DNA of 64,000 nt from NCBI GenBank assembly GCA_034439715.1, contig JAWXAY010000094.1:1-64000 (forward strand), in the 5' to 3' direction. A program made the position numbers and the translations under genes. This DNA is from Pseudomonadota bacterium. GTDB lineage: Bacteria; Bdellovibrionota; Bdellovibrionia; Bdellovibrionales; SG-bin7. Below, piece after piece: positions 37,945-49,015 of the stretch; positions within the stretch are counted from its first letter, which is position 1; each line of letters starts with the position of its first letter. Under the pieces are notes generated by a model. The model had not been told where the DNA came from, ran no database searches, and was given only the letters and a program-made list of their open reading frames with translations.

Positions 37945-39110
37945 CTTTTCGTCTTGCCCAAGAAGTCGATGTCTGGAGTTTAATGGCCCTTTATCAACGG
38001 GTGGGAAGCACTTACACCGAGGACGCCATTTTCTTGGATTACCAAAAACTTTTGCTGGCCGTAAACTCTTTGGATAATATCTGGGTCATTGCCGAACGCG
38101 ACGGAGTAATTACCACGACAATCAGCCTTATGATTGATCGAGAACAGTGTCTCGCGAAAATTGCAAGGATCATTGTAAATCCACAGCTTTCCTCTGTGCG
38201 TTCTGATCTCAAAGATACGATTCGCTATTGCATAAAATTCCTCGAAGAATCAAGTTCTAAAATTCATGTATTGTATTGCACCACAATGACGGTGCCGATG
38301 CAGTTTCAAGAAGTAACTTTAGAAGAAGGTTTTAAAATTCTCGGGATTTTTCCGAACGCTATGGGCGTCGATTACACTCGACTGAATGGCCTTACTGCGT
38401 ATTACTTTGGTAATACTTTAGCTGAGGATCGGGTCAGCGGCTTTGCCCTTCACCCCGAATTGCGCCCATTTTTTGAAATATCCCGCAGTCAATTAAACTT
38501 ACCTGATTTACCCGTCGCAAATATTTCTGCTTTGTCTAACGACAATCAAGCGGATTCCATTGGCATGCTTGAAGTGGTGAATGCGCCAAATCTCGTGGCA
38601 GCAAAATTTGAAAAGCTTCGACGACGGCGACGACAAATGAATGACTTTTATCCCTTCTATAAGCCTAACATTATGATTTCTAGTCCGGATGAAGACATCC
38701 AGCTATTTGCGAAGGTCATTGAATCAAATCATTTTGCAGCCTTCGTAGGCGAAGAACTGCTCGTCGCCGTAAACCCGGCAAAATTGTATCAAACCGCCGT
38801 TCAACTATTAAAGGCCCAGAATATAACCTACTTTGAAATAATTAACGATGCCGCTGACACCGTCGGCAATCAGTGGCTCTTAGAGGCTTCATTTGTTCCC
38901 TGCTGTTATATTCCGGCGTTCAAAAAGCAAAATGAAAAGCGCAGAGACTATGTGGTTTTTTGCAAAACATTTGAATATATAACACGTCCTGATTTGAAAA
39001 TTCGAAAGCCCTTTCTAGATTTTTTTCGAGAATTCTTTAGCATGGAATGGAAAAACTACGTAGGAACTGGCGAGTTATTTTCGAAATCCCACTATGAGAC
39101 AAAAAAGTGA
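37935..39110 (+). CDS. GNAT-fold protein
   Basis: LTFRLAQEVD, WVIAERDG, ARIIVNP, EGFKILGIFPN. Confidence 0.7.
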   Translation: MALTFRLAQEVDVWSLMALYQRVGSTYTEDAIFLDYQKLLLAVNSLDNIWVIAERDGVITTTISLMIDREQCLAKIARIIVNPQLSSVRSDLKDTIRYCIKFLEESSSKIHVLYCTTMTVPMQFQEVTLEEGFKILGIFPNAMGVDYTRLNGLTAYYFGNTLAEDRVSGFALHPELRPFFEISRSQLNLPDLPVANISALSNDNQADSIGMLEVVNAPNLVAAKFEKLRRRRRQMNDFYPFYKPNIMISSPDEDIQLFAKVIESNHFAAFVGEELLVAVNPAKLYQTAVQLLKAQNITYFEIINDAADTVGNQWLLEASFVPCCYIPAFKKQNEKRRDYVVFCKTFEYITRPDLKIRKPFLDFFREFFSMEWKNYVGTGELFSKSHYETKK

Positions 39111-39212
39111 ATTGGCATTCAACCGTCTAAAAGTTAGACAACTTTAGAGCTCCGCAACACTCTAAGTTATTGAAAATACTAGGCTTTAATATTGGCTCTT
39201 GTGTTACTTATT

Positions 39213-39228
39213 TGGCACGGGATTAGCT
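39213..39228 (+). promoter_or_regulatory. Sigma54-type promoter
   Basis: TGGCACGGGATTAGCT, 45 nt upstream of ATG 39274. Confidence 0.6.
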
Positions 39229-39273
39229 CTAATATGTAATTAACAAGACAATTAATGTCTGGAGGTAATACAT

Positions 39274-39522
39274 ATGAAAGCAAGTTTATTTGTCCTAATG
39301 GTTATGGGATTTAACGTTTCGCACGCAAACATCATACAGACTGAGCTGGGTAAGCGCGATGTCCCGAGCCAAATTGCCAACTCTTTTACTAGAGGGCACA
39401 CAGGCAAAGCAAATGACCCACAAAACAATGGTTCTGGGTTGGCGTGTGAGCAACTTGGTAAAGGTGAAACATTAACATATTCAGCGGCTGTAGGTAGATC
39501 AGGCGAACAAATAGCGAAGTAA
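39274..39522 (+). CDS. Small secreted protein
   Basis: GGAGG RBS; signal peptide ending SHA. Confidence 0.7.
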   Translation: MKASLFVLMVMGFNVSHANIIQTELGKRDVPSQIANSFTRGHTGKANDPQNNGSGLACEQLGKGETLTYSAAVGRSGEQIAK

Positions 39523-39523
39523 T

Positions 39524-39949
39524 TCACTCGCTACTTTGTTCGTCTTCGTTCGCCTCGTTCTCGATAGTGTCAGTCTGTGTGGCTGTGTGCTCGTCGATCT
39601 TTTTTCCTATTTTTTCAGTAACTTTCTTTTTAGCATTCATAGCCTTTTCTTCGATAAAAGCTCCGCTGCGTGCTAGTCCGGCCCTTAAGTGACGAAAGCC
39701 TGCTTGATTTTCTTTGTCAAAATTCTTAAAAAAATCTGCATTCATATTCTTGGTCACGAAAGAAAACATTTTTCGCATTGCAATGATTCCTCCGTCAGCG
39801 ACTTCTTGCAGCTGATCAACCATCGATGATGTGCGAATCCAGTTCAACGAATGTTGCTCAATTGTTTGAGTTCCCATTTGAATTTGCATTAGCATTACTA
39901 TAACAAAGGTTAAAAAGCCCATTTTTATTGTGAAGAATATTTCGCCCAT
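39524..39949 (-). CDS. Membrane-anchored hypothetical protein
   Basis: N-terminal TM helix; coupled to the upstream cheY-like gene. Confidence 0.75.
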   Translation of the reverse strand: MGEIFFTIKMGFLTFVIVMLMQIQMGTQTIEQHSLNWIRTSSMVDQLQEVADGGIIAMRKMFSFVTKNMNADFFKNFDKENQAGFRHLRAGLARSGAFIEEKAMNAKKKVTEKIGKKIDEHTATQTDTIENEANEDEQSSE

Positions 39950-39951
39950 AA

Positions 39952-40329
39952 TTAACTCCTTTTAGCTCTTGCATGAGCCGAACTCATGACGTCGATTAGT
40001 TGTTTGGCCTCAAACGGTTTTGTAATGTAGTTCACACAACCGGCGTCAAGTGCGCGCATAATGAGATTAGGTTCATCCACAGTAGAGCAAGCGATGATCT
40101 TCAATTCTGGAGCGGCTTCTAATATTTCTTTGGTGGCGTCTATTCCAGATTTGTGAGGCATAATTAGATCCATAATTACTAGATCAGGTTTCTCGCGGAG
40201 CGAAACCTCTACAGCTTCGATTCCATTGTCGGCCTCACCCACCACTTGCCAACCTTGTTTTTCGCAGACCTGTTGGATAATCTCGCGAATAAACGCGGCA
40301 TCATCGGCTATGACGATTCTTAAACTCAT
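39952..40329 (-). CDS. Single-domain CheY-like response regulator
   Basis: IADD, MDLIMP, ITKPF. Confidence 0.95.
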   Translation of the reverse strand: MSLRIVIADDAAFIREIIQQVCEKQGWQVVGEADNGIEAVEVSLREKPDLVIMDLIMPHKSGIDATKEILEAAPELKIIACSTVDEPNLIMRALDAGCVNYITKPFEAKQLIDVMSSAHARAKRS

Positions 40330-40383
40330 GATTTAATTATAATACGAGCTTGAAGCTAAAGAGACCTGGTTTTAGGTCTAGAA

Positions 40384-41391
40384 TCAGTCACCCCATTGGT
40401 AACCAATAAAAAACATGACTGTGCGATTGTATACGGTAACTCCGTTAAGCAATTGATTTGTGGCCGGGTCAATAGGCGACGCAATACCTTTGAAAACGTT
40501 TTTTTCTAGGCTGGAATTTAGGCTCCAAAAGATGCTGTTGCCATCTGCCAAGGAATGAATGTTACCAATTTTGATACCCACTTGACTAGAGTCAACTTTA
40601 TCTCCCGAACGTAACTGTACGGTGGTGGAAACTTCCTTATGGGTTGCTTTTGGCATGATTTCAAACTCTACAAACGTTTTAAGGTTACGGGACTGAGGAA
40701 TTTTCGCCTGTAAAAAAAATGAGGCCCCAGTAGTCTTTAGGCGTCCCCGATTGGCACTATCTAGGGGGGGCTGAAACTGAAACTCGGAATACTTAACGCC
40801 AAAATCGAGCTCCGAGTTTGAGTCACTCTGGCTTTTCCAATTCCTAAACTGAATACCGTAATTAACCCATTGCTGTGAGACAGCAGTTTTTGAGAGATCA
40901 GCCGGGCCAGAGCTAACATCACCACCTATGCTTGATATAAAAGCGCACTTGAATCCAAAGTTCGGTGCAATCCACAGAGAGGCATTAACATTGAATCCCG
41001 GGCTCGTAGATTGATATTTACGATACCAATAATTACTTTTTGAGTCCACGTAGACTAAACCCGGCGCAATTTGAATTTCTATAAAACTGGGTCTGCGAAA
41101 CGGCAATGGGTCTGACTTTATTTCTGTTGAAATAATTTCTTCTTTGGGCTCTAAATTTGATTTTGCCGTTGCCGGCTGAGTTGAAATAGGGTCTAGAGTT
41201 TTAGGTTCTTTTTCTTTGGTGGCCTTTAGTTTGGGTTGCAAAGGTCTGACCGTGTAGCGTCGCGATGTGGAGCTCTCTTCTTCTAGTGACTGAGAAGGTC
41301 CTGTCGGCACGATGAAGGTCTGGGGAGAATCCACTTGCGCCCGGCCATAATTACAAAAGAGTATTACTAATAATAAGTAGACTCGGCTCAT
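40384..41391 (-). CDS. Probable outer-membrane beta-barrel protein
   Basis: Signal peptide, alternating amphipathic strands, terminal FFIGYQW. Confidence 0.7.
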   Translation of the reverse strand: MSRVYLLLVILFCNYGRAQVDSPQTFIVPTGPSQSLEEESSTSRRYTVRPLQPKLKATKEKEPKTLDPISTQPATAKSNLEPKEEIISTEIKSDPLPFRRPSFIEIQIAPGLVYVDSKSNYWYRKYQSTSPGFNVNASLWIAPNFGFKCAFISSIGGDVSSGPADLSKTAVSQQWVNYGIQFRNWKSQSDSNSELDFGVKYSEFQFQPPLDSANRGRLKTTGASFFLQAKIPQSRNLKTFVEFEIMPKATHKEVSTTVQLRSGDKVDSSQVGIKIGNIHSLADGNSIFWSLNSSLEKNVFKGIASPIDPATNQLLNGVTVYNRTVMFFIGYQWGD

Positions 41392-41472
41392 GTCGCAATT
41401 ATCGGATTTTCAAGACGAATACTTAATGTCAAATTTGACCAACTCATCAGCTAATAGCAGAATTAAGAGGAG

Positions 41473-43083
41473 ATGATTCAATCGATTTTAGTATTTCTAA
41501 TTATAGGTCTAGACCTCAATGCTCAAGCTCAGGTCCTTGCGAAGAGCTCGAGTTATAAAAGCGAAGTCGATGAATCTCTTACTATCTCACGAATAACGCT
41601 TTTGCCATTTTCTGATAATGTTGATGGAATCTACGCAAAGCCGGTTGAAGCCACTATCAAAGAATCGCTTTCTCAAAATCATCATTATAGCTTTATCTCG
41701 AGTTCATTGGCGGGAAACATCGTGACGCCGAGGGAGCTAGAAGCTGATCCCGAAAAAGTAAAATCGCTAGGTAAAGAGTTAGGAGTAGACGCTTTTATTG
41801 CCGCAAGAATGTCTAAGGGGCCAAAAGGAATTGGCATCCAGATGAGTCTATTTTTGACTAATGACGGACGACTATTGGCGCAGGAGCAACTAAAAAACTT
41901 TTCAAGATTTGAGCTGGCGGGAGTAATCAACGAGGCTAAAGCGGCAGTACAAAAATTATTGGGTAGTGTGCCTTATGATGGGCGAATATTGAGCCGTGAC
42001 GGATTAAGAGTGACACTTAATTTAGGTAAGCGCGATGGTCTCGATAGAGACAAAGTGGTTTCTATTATACAAATTACCAAAGCCGTCCGTCACCCCAAAT
42101 TCAATTTTCTAATCAGCACCGAAAAAGAAATTATTGGCACTGTAAAGATTCAAAAATCAGATGACACTATTAGTTTTGGCTCCATTATTAGCGAAAAAGA
42201 AAAAGGTGTTATCTCAAAAAATTCTAAAATATCAGGGCTAAATCCGGTCACCTACTCAGCTGTTGATGCCTTTGGTGCTGGTGCCTCCGAAAAAGATCTT
42301 TTAGCTGAATCACCTGATAGCTTACTTAGTTTCGGCGCTAATCCTGAGTTATGGATTCCGCGTAGGCCTCCCCAATATGGTCAAGTCGGATTTAATTTGG
42401 GTCTTAGTAATTATTCGGGAAAGATTAACCCACAGACATCCGGCCCTCTAGAAATGAATTCCTCCTATTTTGCTGGCGTCGGAATGATGGGCGAAATCTG
42501 GCTAAATCATGAGTGGGCAACCCGAGCACAAATACGCCAATCGGTATTTTCGACAAATAATCCAATAACGGGGTCAACTCCAGAAAAACTTTCGGTTAGT
42601 CTTCGCAGTTATGAACTGGCTGTGAATTACAATTTTTTATTAGAAGAGGAGTTTTTTAGTTCTAAAATTGAACTGCGCGGCGGCTTTGGTAATTTCACCT
42701 TTGATGTCGATCACTCTGACCTCTTGGGGTTTACTTCAACAGATTTTAATGGTCTTCTCTTCGGCGTAAAGGGTTTATTTCCCATCACTAAACAGAAGGA
42801 TTGGTTGGCTGCGGCCGAAATGAATATATTCCTAAACCCAGGATTTAAAGAGCGTCCGGTAAACTCTGGACATGGTGGTAAAAACACGATTACCGACTAC
42901 GTCTTTACTGTTTCAAGGTTAGTGACCTCTCATCTTTATATTGATGGAGCCATCAATGCTACTTTATTGCGAGTGCAGTTTGACAGTGCCAGCAATCGGA
43001 CGTCGGGTGGTCTCCCTGACTCAGCCACTAACATCAGCCAGCGCCTTACTACATACAGTATGGGCTTTCGATATTTGTTTTAA
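41473..43083 (+). CDS. Outer-membrane protein with periplasmic N-terminal domains and C-terminal beta-barrel
   Basis: Signal peptide; ITLLPF alpha/beta domain; terminal MGFRYLF. Confidence 0.7.
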   Translation: MIQSILVFLIIGLDLNAQAQVLAKSSSYKSEVDESLTISRITLLPFSDNVDGIYAKPVEATIKESLSQNHHYSFISSSLAGNIVTPRELEADPEKVKSLGKELGVDAFIAARMSKGPKGIGIQMSLFLTNDGRLLAQEQLKNFSRFELAGVINEAKAAVQKLLGSVPYDGRILSRDGLRVTLNLGKRDGLDRDKVVSIIQITKAVRHPKFNFLISTEKEIIGTVKIQKSDDTISFGSIISEKEKGVISKNSKISGLNPVTYSAVDAFGAGASEKDLLAESPDSLLSFGANPELWIPRRPPQYGQVGFNLGLSNYSGKINPQTSGPLEMNSSYFAGVGMMGEIWLNHEWATRAQIRQSVFSTNNPITGSTPEKLSVSLRSYELAVNYNFLLEEEFFSSKIELRGGFGNFTFDVDHSDLLGFTSTDFNGLLFGVKGLFPITKQKDWLAAAEMNIFLNPGFKERPVNSGHGGKNTITDYVFTVSRLVTSHLYIDGAINATLLRVQFDSASNRTSGGLPDSATNISQRLTTYSMGFRYLF

Positions 43084-43445
43084 CGACGATCGAGAGAGTA
43101 TTTTCCAGGACCTAACAAAAGAATTGCAACAAAGCCAAAAAGGTAAACTAGCGCTAGTTCTTTTTTCATAAAGGGATCTTGTGCATGTATGTTGAAAAAT
43201 GCCACACCCATTGTAGCGATCAAAGGCCAAATCGTATACCGAGTTTGAAATCCGATAACCACCGCTATAGCACAAAAAAATTCAGCAAATATAGCGAGGC
43301 CTAAGCTAAGACTTGAGCCAATATGTAGCGGGTCAGGAAACCCTGGGGCTTTTTCTGCAAAGCCCATTAACTTTGTCAGGCCATGTCCTGCGAGCATCGT
43401 GCCGCCAAAAGAAAGTCGTAAAAAAAGTAAACCAACTGGGTTCAT
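43080..43445 (-). CDS. DoxX-family membrane protein
   Basis: LFLRL...HGLTKL ... LLGPGKYSLD. Confidence 0.93.
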   Translation of the reverse strand: MNPVGLLFLRLSFGGTMLAGHGLTKLMGFAEKAPGFPDPLHIGSSLSLGLAIFAEFFCAIAVVIGFQTRYTIWPLIATMGVAFFNIHAQDPFMKKELALVYLFGFVAILLLGPGKYSLDRR

Positions 43446-43501
43446 GATTTAATTTTGGTTCATTTTTGCGAAAGAAGTCAACCATACCTGGTCTATACGA
43501 G

Positions 43502-43528
43502 AAAGGGCCGCTTTTCAGCAGCCCTTTT
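43502..43528 (-). terminator. Intrinsic terminator after groEL
   Basis: AAAGGGCTGCT-GAAA-AGCGGCCCTTT on - strand. Confidence 0.75.
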
Positions 43529-43566
43529 AAACTAAATGCCTAATGCTTATAGTTTGTCTTTTTTGG

Positions 43567-45228
<1,662 letters not shown>

Positions 45229-45243
45229 TTATTCCTTTCAAAT

Positions 45244-45546
45244 TTAATTAATAATTCCAAGTACATCATCTTCTTTAATCATCAAATATTCGGCGCCTTC
45301 AAGTTTTAACTCTGTGCCAGAATACTTACTGAATAGAACTGTATCACCAGATTTTACTTCTAGCGGTACAACGCGGCCGTCTTCAGTGACTCGACCTTTA
45401 CCCGTGGCAACAACTTTGCCTTTCATAGGTTTTTCTTTTGCAGTATCCGGGATAAAAATCCCACCAGTCGTTTTCTCTTCCTCCGTAGTGCGGCGAACAA
45501 GAATTCGATCGTGTAACGGACGAACATGTATGTTGGCGCTTGCCAT
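45244..45546 (-). CDS. groES: Co-chaperonin GroES
   Basis: [22 protein letters not shown]. Confidence 0.99.
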   Translation of the reverse strand: MASANIHVRPLHDRILVRRTTEEEKTTGGIFIPDTAKEKPMKGKVVATGKGRVTEDGRVVPLEVKSGDTVLFSKYSGTELKLEGAEYLMIKEDDVLGIIN

Positions 45547-45622
45547 ATTAAGAACCTCCTAAAGTTTATAAGTGCCTAGATTTAAAAATAAAAACCCAAG
45601 TTTGTTGATTAGACGTCAATAA

Positions 45623-45650
45623 ATATGGTGTGACGGTGTTTCTTGTCAAG
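45623..45650 (-). promoter_or_regulatory. Sigma32-like heat-shock promoter of groESL
   Basis: CTTGAC-N14-CACCATAT. Confidence 0.55.
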
Positions 45651-45718
45651 GGAACCTCCAGAAAATAGAAAAGTTCTACTCTAGGTCTAGGGTTTGTGCG
45701 CTACATCAAATAGAGCAA

Positions 45719-46153
45719 TTAGGGTTTTGCTGAGGCACTTGAGGGTGCTGAATCAACAGCTGACTTGTGTGAAGCGTCCGGTGTAACTACGGGTGATACT
45801 TCAGGCTTTTCTTGCAGGTTACTTCGGTAGGCCAGTAATAAGGAGGCAGTTTCGTCAGGACTCATTTTTTTCGCCGCTTTCATGATGGCGCCCTTACCAT
45901 CTTGATGGCGGCTCAAATACACAATGAAATAATCGTTAATAGTAAGGTCCTTGCTTAGCTCTACTTTTAAGAGTGCTTGGTACAGCAGGTCCGTGTGATT
46001 ATCTTTCTTTGGCGCAATGTTGGCTCTTTTTAGTGCCTGCTCTGATTCCAGAATTTGTAGGGCCTTCCAGTTCTTAAAGGTTAGCACCTGCCCATAGGTC
46101 GTCTGACCCAGGAGCGAAATTGCCAAGCCTATTGAAAGGTATATTTTTTTCAC
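45719..46153 (-). CDS. Secreted hypothetical protein
   Basis: Signal peptide; AAGGA RBS; GTG start. Confidence 0.7.
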   Translation of the reverse strand: MKKIYLSIGLAISLLGQTTYGQVLTFKNWKALQILESEQALKRANIAPKKDNHTDLLYQALLKVELSKDLTINDYFIVYLSRHQDGKGAIMKAAKKMSPDETASLLLAYRSNLQEKPEVSPVVTPDASHKSAVDSAPSSASAKP

Positions 46154-46471
46154 ACCATTTTTCCTTTATGAGCTTCATGATCATGTGACCACTGGAGTGC
46201 TCATAGGTCTTATGTTCAATCGCTATGCCACATTGCTAGGTTAGTCGAGAGTTATGCCAATTCAAATGAGGCGCTAAGAACCAATAAGCGGTGCCCTGAA
46301 AAGGCGAAAGGGTGACCAGGCTCGTCACGCAATGCGGCGCAGATCACTTACTCCTGTTCCAAATTTTGGCCATATACGTAGAGTTTTTTCTCGGCATATT
46401 TTTCATAGGGAGTTTTTTCTACCTCGAATGTTGCTTGAAAAAGCCGTCATTACACGCTGAAATACTCGCCA

Positions 46472-47485
46472 ATGCCACTAATAATAGAGACTGAGAATCT
46501 CAGCCGAGTTTTTAAATCATACAAAAAACCTAAGGGTTTATTAAATTCTCTTAAGGGTTTTTTTTCTAGGCAGTACGAATCTAAAATTGCTTTAGCTCCC
46601 ACAACCCTAAATATAGAGGGTGGGCAGGTTATTGGTTTGGTTGGTGCTAATGGAGCGGGTAAGACCACCCTTATTAAACTTTTGTCGGGACTAATCTCGC
46701 CATCGACTGGCACATCTAAAGTATTGGGGTTCAACCCCAATGACCGAAAAAACGAGTACTTAAAAAAGATCAGCGTTTTACTGGGTCAGAAAAACCAATT
46801 GTGGTGGGATATCGCCCCTGTTGATAGCTACGACCTTCTCGGAAAAATCTACGACATCGAAGCGAAAGAAGTTGACCGGCGGGTCGAAGAGTTGGCCGAA
46901 ATCTTCAGTTGTACAGATCAGTTGCAAACTCAGTTAAGGCGGTTGTCATTGGGTGAGCGCATGAAAATGGAAATCATTGGCGCCCTTTTACATCGACCTG
47001 AAGTTCTTTTTTTGGATGAACCCACTATAGGTCTTGATATAGTCGCCCAAAACGTGATTCGAAATTTTATTGAGCAATATATGGCTCGATACAAACCGAC
47101 GATTATATTAACCAGCCATTACATGGATGATATCTCACGATTAAGTGATCGGCTCCTGTTAATTAGCGAAGGTAAAATAGTATACGATGGCAATGTTGAC
47201 GAGTTTACCCTACGAGCTGAGACCAAACAAAAGCTGATGATAGTGCTTGGTTCGCCAACTCAAGAGGCGATGGAGTTTAGCGGAATCGGAGCGATCAGTG
47301 TTGGACAAAAACTGATCGACCTTTCAGTTCCCGCAAAGGGTTCGGGAGAAGTCATTTCAAGAATTGCGAAATTCAATGTCATACAAGAAATCAGAATTGA
47401 AGAGTCAGGGTTTGAGGAAGTCATTCATGAGTTTTTGGCGAAAAATGTACGGCACGGCAAAGTTGGCCGTGGTCTCACAGTTTGA
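46472..47485 (+). CDS. ABC exporter ATP-binding subunit
   Basis: GANGAGKTT, LSLGERMK, FLDEPTIGLD. Confidence 0.95.
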   Translation: MPLIIETENLSRVFKSYKKPKGLLNSLKGFFSRQYESKIALAPTTLNIEGGQVIGLVGANGAGKTTLIKLLSGLISPSTGTSKVLGFNPNDRKNEYLKKISVLLGQKNQLWWDIAPVDSYDLLGKIYDIEAKEVDRRVEELAEIFSCTDQLQTQLRRLSLGERMKMEIIGALLHRPEVLFLDEPTIGLDIVAQNVIRNFIEQYMARYKPTIILTSHYMDDISRLSDRLLLISEGKIVYDGNVDEFTLRAETKQKLMIVLGSPTQEAMEFSGIGAISVGQKLIDLSVPAKGSGEVISRIAKFNVIQEIRIEESGFEEVIHEFLAKNVRHGKVGRGLTV

Positions 47486-48230
47486 ATATAGAATAAATTT
47501 ATTCGTTGATGCTGTGATTCAGCCGCTTATTGGTTCTCTTATTGAAATGGCCATGTGGTATGCTATCTTTTCGAGTTTGGGACAGCTAACTCTTGCGGGC
47601 TATACGCGCGACTATTATCTTGTCTATGCCCTCTGGGCCTCATTTTTTTCGCGGATTTCGGCCAACTGGATGTACGAGTTTCGCATGATCGATGAGATTG
47701 AATCCGGAAAGATCAATGGCCTTCTCCTGAGACCCATTTCGTTTTATGAATACTATTTAGGTCAATACCTGGGGTACAAGTCTCTGACGGGAGTATTTTC
47801 TTTTTTAATTCCAATATCGGTATGCTTAGTGGTTTCGAGCCCCGTGCAATTAATCCGCTTGCCCTTGGCAGTTTCTTTATTATTTTACTATGTGATTTTT
47901 ATTCATACTGTGAGTTTTTGCATTGCGAGCCTGGGATTCTTTTTTAATAAAATCCACTCCGTTACTATTGCCAAAAACATTTCCATTTGGCTTTTATCAG
48001 GAGAAATTTTTCCGCTGGATTTAGTTCCTGACCCTTACAAAAAAATACTTTTGTGGCTGCCGTTTTCAAGCGGTGTGTTTGTCCCTACGGGATACCTAAC
48101 GGGGAGGCTGCAGGTTAGCGACGTAGTATTGGGGTTTAAAAGTGTTTCGTTGGGACTTTGTGTGTCTGGGTTGGTGGCCGCCATAGTGTGGAGGCAGGGG
48201 CGCCGTGTATATAGTGGGACAGGCGCATGA
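47427..48230 (+). CDS. ABC-2 family permease (DUF990-like)
   Basis: IESGKINGLLLRPIS, SGEIFPLD, six TM-like segments. Confidence 0.88.
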   Translation: MSFWRKMYGTAKLAVVSQFEYRINLFVDAVIQPLIGSLIEMAMWYAIFSSLGQLTLAGYTRDYYLVYALWASFFSRISANWMYEFRMIDEIESGKINGLLLRPISFYEYYLGQYLGYKSLTGVFSFLIPISVCLVVSSPVQLIRLPLAVSLLFYYVIFIHTVSFCIASLGFFFNKIHSVTIAKNISIWLLSGEIFPLDLVPDPYKKILLWLPFSSGVFVPTGYLTGRLQVSDVVLGFKSVSLGLCVSGLVAAIVWRQGRRVYSGTGA

Positions 48231-49015
48231 AAAAACATTTTAATCTTTTATTGGCATTTTTTAAGGTCAGCCTCATTGCTGAAATGGAATTTCGCTTTAA
48301 CATGGTCTTAAAAATTGTCGCTGATGTGGTCTGGTATGTCGCACAGCTGAGTATTTTTGAGATTTTGTTTTTGCACTCAACTCATTATGCAGATTGGGAT
48401 TTACCCTCGGTTCGGGTCTTTTTAGGAATACTGTTTTTTACAGATGTTTTTTATATGTTGTTTTTTTCTGAAAATCTCAGTCGGGTGTCTACCATGGTGA
48501 GAAATGGCGAGCTCGATCTGTTGCTTGCTAAACCAGTCAATGCACTTTTTATGGTGAGTTTTCGAAAAATAGACATCGGTTACTTTCTAAATCTGATCAT
48601 AGTTGTGGGCTACCTCTTTTGGGCAATTAATAAACTGCCCATTGATCTTACGGCTTGGAATATTTTGTGGTTTTGCTTAATGGCGCCGGCCTCATTGGTC
48701 GTGTCTTATTCAGTTCGAGTTTTTTTTGCAAGCCTTTCTATTATATTTGTAAATGCCGAAGGGGTGTCTTATCTTTGGTATAGTCTTTATAGGCTTGGCA
48801 CGAGACCCGATTCAATTTATCCAACGGCCCTAAGGTATCTCATTTTAACTGTATTGCCAGTGGCGTTTCTAGCCAGCGTACCGAGTCGATTTCTATTGGG
48901 TAAACAAGAATCATGGATGTATTGGGAAGTCCCATTGGTTTGTTTTCTTTTATTCTTTGGTTGCATTCGATTTTGGAATTATTCGCTGAAAAAGTATTCG
49001 TCTGCTAGTAGTTAA
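48227..49015 (+). CDS. ABC-2 family permease (DUF990-like)
   Basis: VRNGELDLLLAKPVN, terminal YSSASS. Confidence 0.9.
   Translation: MKKHFNLLLAFFKVSLIAEMEFRFNMVLKIVADVVWYVAQLSIFEILFLHSTHYADWDLPSVRVFLGILFFTDVFYMLFFSENLSRVSTMVRNGELDLLLAKPVNALFMVSFRKIDIGYFLNLIIVVGYLFWAINKLPIDLTAWNILWFCLMAPASLVVSYSVRVFFASLSIIFVNAEGVSYLWYSLYRLGTRPDSIYPTALRYLILTVLPVAFLASVPSRFLLGKQESWMYWEVPLVCFLLFFGCIRFWNYSLKKYSSASS

Noticed and set aside
39390..39490. Possible c-di-GMP-I riboswitch (GGCAAAGC...)
   Set aside because: No GNRA-capped P2 or receptor stem; region lies in a credible ORF.
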